Assembly: GCA_964270895.1 (NCBI GenBank)
Contig: OZ185444.1
Origin: Podarcis filfolensis
Taxonomy: Eukaryota
Length of the DNA: 64,000 nucleotides
Direction: 5' to 3' (one strand)
The notes under the pieces were generated by a model, which was not told the origin of the DNA, ran no database searches, and saw only the letters and a program-made list of their open reading frames with translations. The position numbers and the translations under genes were made by a program. Of this stretch, positions 49,378-61,706 are shown one piece after another. Numbering within the stretch: position 1 is the stretch's first letter; each line of letters opens with the position of its first letter.

Positions 49378-52300
49378 ATATATCTTCCGTCTCTATTATT
49401 GTATACAGCATAGGTGTCTTTCACACACTTACATAGAAGCCTTGAATATGGAATACAAGAAAACGATAGCCACGGCCATTTCTTCACATGATCACAAAAC
49501 TAGGAAATGCCACAGCACTACAAATCAGGGTAAAATAACTATGTGTTACTCTCCTCCCCCAACACGAGGCTGCTACTGAAAATGGAAACCAGGTGTTGAG
49601 CTGTGCATATAATTCTATTTGTCTCAATTCCTGCCATTGTTCTGATAGTGCTGCATGTAATGGCATAAGCTGACCTACATAATAGAGAAGGGTGGAGGAA
49701 TTCAATGTGATCTGCCATGTTGTAGTAGCATTTTTTGCAGAGTTCTGCAACCCGAGCTCAGCCATGGCCTCGAATTTATTTTTCTTCTATGATGTAGAAT
49801 CTATGCCTATTTGTGTGAGCTTCTGAAAGTAATCAAGAGACAAAGATCATTTTATTACACTGAGAATGAATACTTCCCTTCTAGGGCTTTAATCACAATG
49901 AACTACTTTTCCGCAGTGAAGGAAGCCTCCGATATTTCAGCTTATTTGTTGAACGAGAGAACTTGTACAGAATTAAAGAACGTAGAATGAACAGTTTCTT
50001 TGCATAAATAAAGACTCTGACTGTAGAATTTATCCTGACTCTCCAGTGTATATGATTTCCTGGAAACGCATGCATAACTTTTGTTAGCAAAATATACCCT
50101 AAAGGAAATCACTACATGCAATATTATGTTAGCAAATGGGAGGAAAGTAGGACGCAACATTTATCTGTAAAACTCAACAGTATAACTCTATTTAGATATT
50201 TCAGTTGGGACAATATAAGCCTTAAGCATGAGCAATATTTGTCTCTTCCCCCACAATGTATGCATTAAATGGCACAGGCTTGATCTGCTTCCTGTGACCA
50301 CTCTCTCTAGTCACAGCTTCCTCTAAGTGTCTATGAATTCATGTTCCTTCTTAGGAGTGAAGGAGAAATTTGATTCTGCTTTCACTTTAATGACAAAATT
50401 ATCTAACTTGCACTTCTCAGACCAAAATATGCATATATATTTTGGGGGGAGGGCATTAAAATGCAAATATTTGTGAATATAGCATTTAAAATACTTTATA
50501 TTGAGGGAAATCACCAGCAAGAAAACTGTTTATTAGTCAAAACTCCATCCAAAAATGTATTTATCTGGAGAAAATTGCACTAAAATGCTGAAAAAGTTTC
50601 ATGAGAATTTGTGCTGTGGAAATGTGGAGAACTGAATTTAAGATTGGAAACAGAGAAAGCAAAATTGACAAATTTGTCTATCTCTATTCTTTCTCCAACT
50701 TCCCCCCGTCTTGATCCTCTTTGTGCTATTATATGCCATTCACTTGCATTAGCTGGTTGTTCACTGAGAACCCAAAGTTTTCTTCTCAGCAGTGTAACTT
50801 TGTAGCATATACCCCACCAAAACCCCCCACTTTCTATACTTGTATTTGTGGGTCCGCTTTGTCAGTTTGTTTCTCCAACTCTCTTTGACTTTAGTTTTTC
50901 CTTTGCATTTTAGCATATCTATAAAATGCTTGCAAGGCTTCCCAGTTTTATACTATTAGTGAATTTAGTAAGTGTATTGTCCACACTTTCATTCAAGTCA
51001 ATGAGATATTTAGACAACACCAGAACTAAGCATCATTCTTGCGGACTCTCCTAGGATGCCTTCCCCCACCCCAAATTAATCTGGTTTAATGAATTATTAA
51101 CCTTTCACTATGAGTTTTCAACCAAGCACGTATCCATTTGATTTTGTAATAATTTATTCCAATGCTAAATCTGCAAAAGTTAAGGAACTATTTATAGTAT
51201 ATATAAAAATCTTATCTGCATGTATCTTTATTTTTTTAAGAGGGGAAGAAGAACATGGCACACTCCATGAAATCTCAAATTATATATTTGCAAAGTTTAA
51301 AATAATAGTAATAAACAAAATCTGAACAGTTCCTTTTCTTTTATTATGCTTCCTGTAATACTGGGGTAGACTGAAGGGCAAAAAACAAAGCCTCACATTT
51401 ATAATGTATTGTAAACAAACCAGTGTACCCATGGCAACATTTAGTCTAACTCTGAGCTTTTTCAACACCTACGATGGCATTTATGTTTTCCTTATTATTC
51501 ATATTTTCACAAGTTGTAATAGCAATAATGACCTTTGGGTCACATATTTCCTGTAAATTATGACCGAACCAGAACCTCATTTCCTCTGCATACTGTAGCT
51601 GTTAACTGCTATGCAATGCCTTCCTGGGCCTTCAGTTTTGCATAATGCCTAGTTAATCATTTTGAAAGAAACATATTTTCTTCTTCCTTTTTTTGTAATA
51701 TATTTTAGGGCTAGAGCTGAGGAATACTTATGAGTCAGACGAGTGCAAAATAAATGTTAGAACTTTTAAACTTTTGATTAGACTGCCAATGTAAAACATT
51801 TGCACTGGTCTGTAGATGTTCTGTGCCTGAAGTTCCCCTGTTACAAATTGGAATTACGGACGTTTGTTAGGAAGAAAAGATGACACACCCCACTGCAAAC
51901 AGGTGATTGCCTCTTTCAAAAACACCCTGAATGAAATCCAATGGTGTTTGTCCACCACTGGAACAAATGTCATTGGTGGAACAGATTCCTCCTCCCTCCA
52001 CAGTCCTCTACATACCCCCAAATCTTCTCCAGAGGGTTGGGGCCCCTTCTGAAGCAGATTTGGATTGGAGGAGGTTCCACTGTGCAGATGGAACTCCAAT
52101 TGTACTACATTGGGGGTGCTCCACCTTTACTCTTAGGGGGTTCGGTGCCCATTGTTCCAGCCAAACACCAAACAGTACCTTATACGCACAGAATTACACA
52201 TAGAAGAGCTGGGCCAGTGCAGCATAATTTTAGTGCTGTTTCTTGTTTTGGATCTTTCTCTTTCTTGGTTTAGAGAAGAGAGAATTCCAAAAGAAACATC

Positions 52301-53521
52301 ACATCCAGCAAGTTAGAAATGACATTTCTGTTGATACAAATGCACCATAAACAAAGAATCATTGATTCAATTTTAAACCACACCGTAAGCTAGTTTTCCC
52401 TTTCTAAAATGGAACTAATCATGCCTAGCTGAAGATCGGCAGCATGATCCTTTACATGTCTACTCAAAAGTAAGTCCAAGGGATTTAGTTGAATTAAAAA
52501 GCACGGGCATACGAGGAGTACTATACAGACAATGAAGATAGTGGCAACCTGAAGATAGAAACAAATTGTTGGACACAACATGTGGGTTGAACTATGGGAC
52601 ATTTTCTTTAAAACTTCACTGAAGCTCTCCCGAAGGGTGTTCCTCCCCAGAAAAAGCTCAACAACTTTGGTCATTCTAAAGGGTAGATCATTGCCAGTGT
52701 TTTTATAGTGGGAATAGATCACAATCTCTTGAAAGTTGGACATCCCTGCCCTAAGGCTAGGTGCCTGACACAGGTTAGCCTCAAAAATGATCCCTATCTT
52801 GCCCCCACATGTAATCACAAGCCTGCCCATCATCTTGAAAGGCGCTTAAGGGAATCATCTAGCTGAACTTAAGTGTTCACCTCTCAAGCATTCCTGCCTC
52901 ACAAGAGGAAAAAGTCAAATTGGCAAAATCAACCATTTAACAAAGCAAACCTGATCTAACTGCCCCCCAAGCCTCCACACAGCGTGGAGTAGATGAAAAA
53001 ACCAACGTAAGAACAGCCCTGTTAGAAAAGACTAGTTCATCCTATGATTCCCCTATTGATGGGGGCTTTTAAACAGATATTCCTAGATAAACGTTAAGGA
53101 GCCATATGGGATAGTACAGTCACGCTAAATGTTATTGTGATTGATATGCTGTGTGTTATATCTGCTGTTCTTTTATATTTACATATTGTTGTTGTTGGTG
53201 CTGTTTTACTGTACATGCCCTTGGGCACATTTAATTCAGAATGAAAGTTTATAGATCATAAATAAATAAGCAGAACCTCATTATTTCTGAATATTAATAA
53301 GCCTATTTTGCCAGATTCTGAGTTTTAGGCACTGTGGAGAGTATGTCAAAACACAGCTATACAACATGTGAATAATTAACTCCAGCAGCAATGCAGCAAT
53401 ATACGACTCTGGAAAGAATTGTATGACAACCACTTACGCTCTGAGAAGTACAATGTGATCGTGTTAGCTTCTTGCTTGGAGGTAGACTGTTGCATTTTTC
53501 TTTTTTAAATCCTTAATATAG

Positions 53522-53619
53522 CTTCACCATTCCCATCTTTTGAAAGAAGGTCCATCGGCTGGTGCAGCCTCCTCTTCCTCCTCTGGGGCCACAGACGTAC
53601 CAGTCACAAATCAGCAAAG
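53522..53619 (+). other. Orphan exon candidate (98 nt, unverified)
   Basis: Pyrimidine tract plus AG acceptor and AAG/GTAACA donor; open frame LHHSHLLKEGPSAGAASSSSSGATDVPVTNQQ. I do not recognise the peptide. Confidence 0.25.
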
Positions 53620-54420
53620 GTAACAAATCAGCAATCAGTGCAGATCTCTGAGCAGAGGTGCTAGATGCTGAAAGATTCTCACTGCTGTCAGCAACTGCAC
53701 TGCAGCATTCTGGCAACTGTTCCATTAAATCTCCTATAAGAAGATTGCAAAAGCATGCCACACTACTGAATTGCTGCTACCCAGTTCTATGTGACCAGCC
53801 GGAGTTCACATAGCACATAGCAGTTTATTTCAGGGCACTAGGAAGAAGGCTCTAATTGTGCCAGTGAGGAGCTATAATCCTTCTGTTCAACTATCCAAAC
53901 CATAATTGTTGCACTCTCTTTGTTATCATTGTTCATTTTTGTATCCAATTTCTTTCAGTATTCTTTCTGACTTACAGAACCAATGAAGCAGCATGAAGAC
54001 CAGATCCATGCTACATTTTTGAAGGAGCTGGTTTAATTGAAATGGTGGATGTTTAGAGGCTCACACATACTACGTTTTAGGTATACAGCAGTGGTGGGAA
54101 ACCTCTGGTCCATGGACCTCAGTAGGCTTAGCATGGGTCCTGATTTGGTCCATGAGTCTCATTTCCACAAAACACACTTTCCTGCCCCACACATGACACA
54201 GCTGCCAATGAACAACTGAGAGCCTTAAAGAGGACTACTGTTTGGTGAGCAGGGCTTGCTGTCACCATGGATCAGCTGATAGGTGGTGAAAGCAGGGTTT
54301 GGAGTCAGTGTCAATCAGCTGATCAAGACTGACCAACCCTGTAGGAAGCAGCTGCACTATGGGGTTCACAACTTGGAGCTCTGGAATGCAGCCAAGCCCT
54401 ACTGACAGCAAACACTATTA

Positions 54421-54646
54421 CAGTGGTACCTCGGGATACAGACACTTCAGGTTACAGACTCCACTAACCCACAAATAGTACCTTGGGTTAAGAACTTTGC
54501 TTCAGGATGAGAACAGAAATTGTGTTCTGGCGGAGCGGCGGCAGCAGGAGGCCCCATTAGCTAAAGTGGTACCTCAGGTTAAGAACAGTTTCAGGTTAAG
54601 AACGGACCTCCAGAACGAATTAAGTTCTTAACCCGAGGTACCACTG
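54421..54646. mobile_element. 226-bp Tc1/mariner (Tigger-like) MITE
   Basis: Perfect 15-bp TIR CAGTGGTACCTCGGG...CCCGAGGTACCACTG flanked by TA on both sides; internal TIR-like GGTTAAGAAC repeats. Confidence 0.95.
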
Positions 54647-54652
54647 TATTAT

Positions 54653-54998
54653 CGGGACACTGGTGGCGCTGTGGGTTAAACCACAAAGCCTGGGACTTGC
54701 CGATCAGAAGGTTGGCGGTTCGAATCCCCGCGACGGGGTGAGCTCCCATTGCTCGGTCCCTGATCCTGCCAACCTAGCAGTTCAAAAGCACGTCAAAGTG
54801 CAAGTAGATAAATAGGTACCGCTCTGGCCGGAAGGTAAACGGCGTTTCTGTGCACTGTTCTGGTTCTCCAGAAGTGGCTTAGTCATGCTGGCCACATGAC
54901 CTGGAAGCTGTATGCCAGCTCCCTTGGACAATAAAGCGAGATGAGCACCATAACCCCAGAGTCGGCCACGACTGGACCTAATGGTCAGGGTTCCCTTT
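54653..54998 (+). mobile_element. Sauria SINE, full length
   Basis: Head, B box and tail present; TSD ACCACTGTATTAT (54640-54652, 54999-55011). Confidence 0.95.
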
Positions 54999-55190
54999 AC
55001 CACTGTATTATGTTTGGATAATTGGGCTACTTTGAATGCGATCATTTCAAGATGAGTAACAATAAGACAATTACCATCTTGTTTGAAGTCTGCATCATTC
55101 ACTGATGTCCAGTTATCTCTTTTATATTCAGTCCTTCCCATTTTCTTTTATATACAAAATGCTAGGTGACAGGTGTTTGTAGTCTAGTCC

Positions 55191-55621
55191 CAGGGCCAGA
55201 TTTAGGTTTGATGAGGCCCTAAGCTACTGAAGGTAATGGGGCCTTTTATATGTCCAGCTGTCCTTTGTCAACAACAAATTGTCGCTGTCTTTGTTGTTGA
55301 ATATATGTTATATGGTAATTTATGGACCTAATAGGTATCTAAAGCCATTTGCACATAACAAAATATGTATTTTATCAAAGTAATTGTTGAACTGAAATAC
55401 AATTTTAGGGAGCAGGCTAGCAGGCAGGGCCCATTATTTACATCATAGGAGCCTACACAACACCAAACACTGTTGCTGTATGTAGGTTTTATTTTATTTG
55501 TTTTTTATCTTATATTTTGGAAATGTACATCAGGTTTTTTTCCTTTAATTTTTTGGGGGGCCCCCAAGAGAGTGGGGCCCTAACCTATAGCTTGTTTAGC
55601 TTATACGTAAATCCAGCACTG
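55191..55621. mobile_element. 431-bp non-autonomous hAT element
   Basis: TIR CAGGGCCAGATTTA...TAAATCCAGCACTG; 8-bp TSD TCTAGTCC/TTTAGTCC. Confidence 0.85.
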
Positions 55622-55984
55622 TTTAGTCCTAATTTGTTTCAAGTAAAAGGTTGGGTTTGACGTTCACATCCTTAAAATGGATATCAGACTGGAGTCTTAT
55701 CAGATATCTGTGTGCACTGAATGAACATCGTCTAATCCTTTAAAGGTTTATGATGCTCCAATCTCTGTGAGACACTGCAGAACTAATTATTTTTATAGTT
55801 TAGTTCCTATTTGGCAAATAATGTGCATTTGAACGCCAATTTGAAAATATAATTATCAAACAGGAAATGATGAGAAATAAGATTAACCAAACATACAGAC
55901 AATAAACCCCTCATAGATACATAAAACTTGAGTGTAGTCAGACATGCACTCTAAAATTTAAGAAGGCTGATATCAAAAAGTGGA

Positions 55985-56447
55985 AGGTGAGATCCCATAG
56001 TCAGAGATCCTCAAAGAGAAGGGAGTCCAAGATGGGCTGGAGTTTCTTAAAGGTGAAATACTGAAGGCATAAATGCAGACAATTCCACAGAAAGAAAAGT
56101 GTGAAGCATCTGAAGAAACCAGTGGGCTGCATAAGGAGCTTGCAGGTGAGCTGAGATTTTAGAAGGAAGAAATAGAAGAAAGGGGAAATCACAAATGAAG
56201 AGCATACACGAGTAGCCAACAGTTGCACCAAGAAGGGCAGGTAAGGCAAAGCTCAGAATGAGCTCAGACTTGCAAGAGAGGCTAAAAATAATTTTAAAAG
56301 GGTTTATTTGGCTATGTTCAAAGTAAGAGACAGAACAATCAAGGAGTAGGTGCTCTGTGTGGAGAAGACAGAGAAATGCTTTTGGGTGACAGAAAGAAGG
56401 CAGAATTGCTCAACTTTACCTCTGTCTTCACCCAAAAGGAAAACAGT
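55985..56447 (+). mobile_element. CR1 ORF2 internal fragment (endonuclease-RT linker)
   Basis: ILKEKGVQDGLEFLKGEILKA...GEITNEEHTRVANSC...KAQNELRLAREAKNN...KAELLN, with stops and frameshifts. Confidence 0.85.
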
Positions 56448-57839
56448 GGGCTAAATACAGCAAATCTGAATTGTTTTTCACCACACTAATTTACATATTA
56501 TATAAAATATTATAAAGAATATTATGACTGAATAATGCTTCAAATGTTGCTTTCAAATAATAATAACAACAATACTTTCAAATGTGTGAGGGGAGCAGCA
56601 GAAACACTTAAGCCATCCGCTCTCCCAGTCTTTGTGTGTTCAATGCAATATGTGCAAATATCCTATCTACATAAAAAAATGTATGTACGTAGGGAAGCCT
56701 GGATCATGCATTGGATTAATGCACGTGCAATGAATGTCTGAAGGTTGGGAGTAATGACTGTGTGCATGACCCCACTTTCCAGTTCAGAAAGGGCATCAGC
56801 TCCAGGTGGCCAAGATCTTTTGGCTCCCCAATATATATATTTTTTTTTGTGGGGGCAGCCTACCATGTTCTCTACCATCAGGGGACAGAAGAGGCCAAGC
56901 GTGACTTCAGTGACTGGCTCCTCCTCCTGGTGTGGAAGGCTACCAAGTGTGAGAGAGAAGAAGCCACCTGCCACTGTGTTTGGCTGTGTCCCCTGACTCT
57001 TCCTGAAATGTCAAGTGATGTTGCACACTGAGCATGTGACGTCACACACACAACGCCCCTCGATCTTCGCTGCAAGTTGGAGCCTCAGCACTGCATTATG
57101 AATGGGTCCTGCAGCTCTTGGCAATACAAGGGGAAAATGTGGGAATTTAAATGCTTTGGTACTTGGATGACCGTAATCTAATATGAGCCTTGTTTCTAAA
57201 CAAAGCTCTGGTGTTACAAATTGATCCTGATTCAATGCCAAATTCTCCATGCTGAATGACCTTTACAGATTTGTTGACATGGTTCACTTTATTCAGCCAA
57301 AAACATAAGCAAACCCCAAAACAATTAGGTAGGATGAAGCTATCTTATACCCATGATGTCAATGACTGATGAGCAATAAACAATGAATAATTTGCAAAGC
57401 ACACCTACTATCACTGGAAAAGAAGTTCATTCCTAGGATTCCCAGCTATTTGGACACAAGGGAGCAGTTTTCTTTCTAAATGGAAACTTAATCGTTTTGG
57501 CCCTGGGCAGGAAAGCAAAACCTGTTCACTGAGGGACAGAGAACGTGTAGCTATTTCTAGTTTTAAAGTGGGGGTGGATATAGGATCCTCTCTTTCTTCA
57601 AAGTTATCACCTGTGGACCCTTTTCTGAGCATCAGTACACTTACATCTATATGGGATGATTTAAATCTTTAAATACTGAAAATGAGCTGCATGTTTCTGA
57701 GAAGCTCAATTCAGTTGGAAATCTGCATGTGCCCTAAGACTATGTGTGGAATTTTGCTCTGCTCCGAACAATGTGTACAAGTGCCTTTGTGATAATGGAA
57801 GAGAAAGAGCCTCCTCATGTTCAAATCAGTGTTGATAAC

Positions 57840-58020
57840 AGACCCTCCAAGTGTTCCTATTTTCCAGGGATGTCCCTGATTTAGAGAAGCCTCCCCAGTT
57901 TCTGATTTGATCCTGGAATGTCCCACTTTTCTTTAGGATGTCCCTATTTTCATTGGAGAAATGTTGGAGGGTATGGAATTATCCGACCCCCGAGCTGCCT
58001 GAAGGCAATCCTGTATGGGA
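57840..58020. mobile_element. DNA-transposon MITE fragment
   Basis: Repeated GGATGTCCC/GAATGTCCC subterminal motifs; related sequence near 62920-62990. Confidence 0.45.
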
Positions 58021-58111
58021 AAGGACTTTTATTTTTATTTTTAAAAATGTTTAATGTTTTATTATATTTTTATATATGTTGGAAGCTGGCACTGATCACG
58101 ATGTCCCATGC

Positions 58112-58256
58112 ACCAGAAGCGGTTTAAGTTATGCTGACCACATGACCTGGAAAACTGTCTGCAGACAAATGCCAGCTCCCTCAGCCTGAAAGCGGAGATG
58201 ACTGCCACATCCCATAGTTAAATTTGACTGGACTTAACAATCAAGGGGTCCTTTAT
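58112..58256 (+). mobile_element. Older Sauria SINE, 3' half
   Basis: CCAGAAGCGG...ATGCTGACCACATGACCTGGAA...GAGATG...GACTGGACT...GGGGTCCTTTA. Confidence 0.7.
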
Positions 58257-59466
58257 ACATGCAGAGGATCCATGAGGATGTGGCTGCTGACTTGGGTCAG
58301 AAATATCAAAGAAATATTAAGCTGGCCCTGTATATTGTTTGGATCATGATATGAAATACAAAATCATCTGAGGAAGAGACAAAGCTCTGGGATAGAGCAT
58401 GCAATAGTTTCTGTGCCTCAATACCCAGTTATAATTATCATGTAGCAGATTATGTGAAATGCCTCTGTCTGAGACCTCCGAGAACCACTGCCAGTCGGAG
58501 TAGACATATAGTCTGATCTCATGTTGGGAAGCTTCCTATGTTGTTAAGTTCTTTTTTATTATTATTAGCATGTAGGTGGTGCCAAAGACAACTTCCCTAT
58601 GGTGGGTGATCCTATTCCTGTCCATAATGCATATAAATTTCTGCCTCATGGCTCTCTGGGATCATGCTGTGAATCTCCACTTTACATTCCTTGCAGCTTC
58701 TGCATGGAGATTCATAGGCTGATGGTGGAAGTCTACATAGTAAGTACTTCTATATATGACAGCATTTGTGGGATATCAGTCTTCATGCAGAGCAAGGAGG
58801 GGCATTTGTGATGGTTTCCCCATACTTAGCACACGCTCCAGCCCCAAGTCTTTGCAGGAGAAAAGGTATTGTTTGTTCAGAAGTCCATTCCAGCTAATAT
58901 CTCAGCATGTTGTGCTATAATATAACTTGGCTGGATTCAGTAAGTGGAAGTGCTTTTTAATTTAAACTGTAGACAAAGTCAGTATCCCTGTAAACCTTCA
59001 GTCTGGAACAATTTGGAAAGTTTCCTTTGATTTCCTTCCCCGACTTTATTTTTATATATATAAAAACACTGTCTTAATACAGTAACAGTAAAGGAGCTGG
59101 ACCTAGTCAAAAGACTTTGTAAGTAATCCAATTTTGAAACTAGGTGGTGTGATTGAACGATCAAAGCTCTAATAATAGGCTTTTTTCTTATGAAAGGCCA
59201 GAAACTGGGACCATGCCCATCTGTAGTTCATATCAAAGACTGTAAATAATCGGGGAGTGTAAATAATAGTTAAAAATGTTTCACAAGATTTCCCATTGCT
59301 CTTACATGGATGACCTGCAGTCAAAATTGCACACAGCTTCAGAGTGAGATGCTGACGGTTGAAGTTAAAGCAGATTATTGGTCAGGTGGAAGATCATCAT
59401 AAAACAAACATTCTAAAAATGATAAAATAAGATGTCTCAGGAAAGATTCAAAGAAAAGTTCACATG

Positions 59467-60201
59467 ACCCCAGTCAAGCTTGCAAAAATCTATCGTACGC
59501 CCAATAATAAATGCTGGAAATGTAAGGAAACTGAAGGTACTTTCTACCACCTTTGGTGGACGTGCCCAAGGATTAAGGTCTTCTGGGAAATGATCTACAA
59601 TGAAATTAAGAAGGTCCTTAAGTGTACCTTTCATAAGAAACCAGAGGCCTTTCTCCTGGGCATGGTAGGCCAATTGGTGTCAAGGAAAGATAGGACGTTC
59701 TTTATGTATGCTACAACAGCAGCAAGAGTTCTTTTAGCAAAGTATTGGAAGACACAAGAACTACCCATGCTGGAAGAGTGGCAGACGAAGGTGATAGACT
59801 ATATGGGACTAGCCGAGATGACTGGCAGAATCCGCGACCAAGGAAAAGAGATGGTGGAAGAAGATTGGAAGAAATTTAAAGTTTATCTTAAGAACTGTTG
59901 TAAAATCAATGAGTGCTAAAATGTCATGGGTAATGTAAAACAGAATTGCAGTGACAAATAATTGGGTAAGAGAAAAAGGATTAAAGAAAGTGAATTATAA
60001 GTAATTGAAATTAGGGGTTGCTGGAAAAGTTTAAAACAGGGATGCAGAAAAGGGAGGTATGGGGAAGTCGTTGAAACAAGGTTTAAGGAAAAGAGGTTAT
60101 GAAATTATACGTGTTTATATGTTTGTTTGTTTATGTATTGTCAGTTGTATTGTGTTTTAATATATGTTGGAAAATTAATAAAAATTTATATATATATATA
60201 A
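59467..60201 (+). mobile_element. 5'-truncated L1 LINE with an intact ORF2 C-terminus
   Basis: CWKC-x7-H-x4-C zinc knuckle (CWKCKETEGTFYHLWWTC) in ORF 59464..59919; 17-bp TSD AAAGAAAAGTTCACATG (59450-59466, 60202-60218). The ORF's ATG comes from the TSD. Confidence 0.95.
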
Positions 60202-60281
60202 AAAGAAAAGTTCACATGTTGCCTTATTCACCAACATATGTGCTGGTGGAGTTCATTTCATTTCTTTTGTATGAAGCCTTT

Positions 60282-60347
<66 letters not shown>
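60282..60347. repeat. Compound (AC)n(AG)n microsatellite
   Basis: Direct reading. Confidence 0.98.
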
Positions 60348-60350
<3 letters not shown>

Positions 60351-60512
60351 ATACTCAAAGTGGCAAACAGCAAAGAAACAGGGATGCATTTCAAACAAAC
60401 ACTACAAAAGCAGTTTCATAATAACACAGCAAAACAATAATGTAGTAACAATTTCATAATAGTGTAGAAAAACAAAAATACAGTAACATACAAAAAACCC
60501 CCACATTTCAAT

Positions 60513-60972
60513 GTTGTTGTTTAGTCGTTTAGTCGTGTCCAACTCTTCGTGACCCCATGGACCAGAGCACGCCAGGCACTTCTGTCTTCCACTGCCTCCC
60601 TCAGTTTGGTCAGACTCATGTTTGTAGCTTCGAGAACACTGTCCAACCATCTCATCCTCTGTCATCCCCTTCTCCTTGTGCCCTCCATCTTTCCCAACAT
60701 CAGGGTCTTTTCCAGGGAGTCTTCTCTTCTCATGATGTGGCCAAAGAATTGGAATCTCAGGTTCAGGATCTTTCCTTCCAATGAGCACTCAAGGCTGATT
60801 TCCTTCAGAATGGAGAGGTTTGATCTTCTTGCAGTCCATGGGACTCTCAAGAGTCTCCTCCAGCACCATAATTCAAAAGCATCAATTCTTTGGTGACCAG
60901 TCTTCTTTATGGTCCTGCTCTCACTTCCATACATCACTACTGGCAAAACCATAGCTTTAACTATACGGACCT
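60513..60972 (-). mobile_element. BovB (RTE) LINE 3' fragment
   Basis: VRIVKAMVLPVVMYGSES...IDAFELWCWRRLLRVPWTARRSN; (AAC)n tail; short TSD TTTCAAT (60506-60512, 60973-60979). Confidence 0.95.
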
Positions 60973-61512
60973 TTTCAATACTGCACATATAACACATTTC
61001 CATGCGGCACATATAACAAGATTACCTAAACTTCATGCAGGATCCAATAGCAAAAATAACAAGGAAGCTTCACAGTTTCACCTTAGTCCTAGAAACACCA
61101 CTCTCATTATGTTGCTCACCAAGAGTTTAGTTGCTATTCTGCTCTGGTAATGATTTAGACCCTACATATCTGTGCAAGATGCCAGGCATGGGAAAAGTAG
61201 TAGGAAAATATTTTTGTGTGTGAAGAAAACTTGATCCCTCATAAGCAGGTGAATGTAGACTGCTGAAAATGGAGACTAATAATTAGTAGTCTGGATTTAT
61301 GTGAATACATAAATGACATTTGGAAAATTGGGGTATGACATCAAAATGATTTATTGCCTCACAGAACCAGTAGCATCCATAATGCCCCCAACTGTATGTC
61401 AGATTACTTAGAACCTCTCATTTGGTCAAAAAGACAAAGTACCAACCCTCAGAAAAACATTCTGTCAATGCCAGTCAACACGCGCACACACACAATGAAA
61501 CACATGCACAAG

Positions 61513-61706
61513 TAGGGTTGCCATACGTCCAGAATTTCCCAGACATAGCCAGAATATGGAAATCTGAAGAAGTGTCTGGCGGAAATTACTGTAATGTATA
61601 CGGCTATTTCCTTAAAATAGCTCAAAAAGTCTTAATTTATTTTGCAAACAACAGCTTTGCCCAACTTTGTGTCTGGATTTTCACCTTTTGAAATATGGCA
61701 ACCCTG
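61513..61706. mobile_element. hAT (Blackjack/Tip100-like) MITE
   Basis: TIR AGGGTTGCCATA...TATGGCAACCCT; partial flank repeat GCACAA. Confidence 0.7.
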
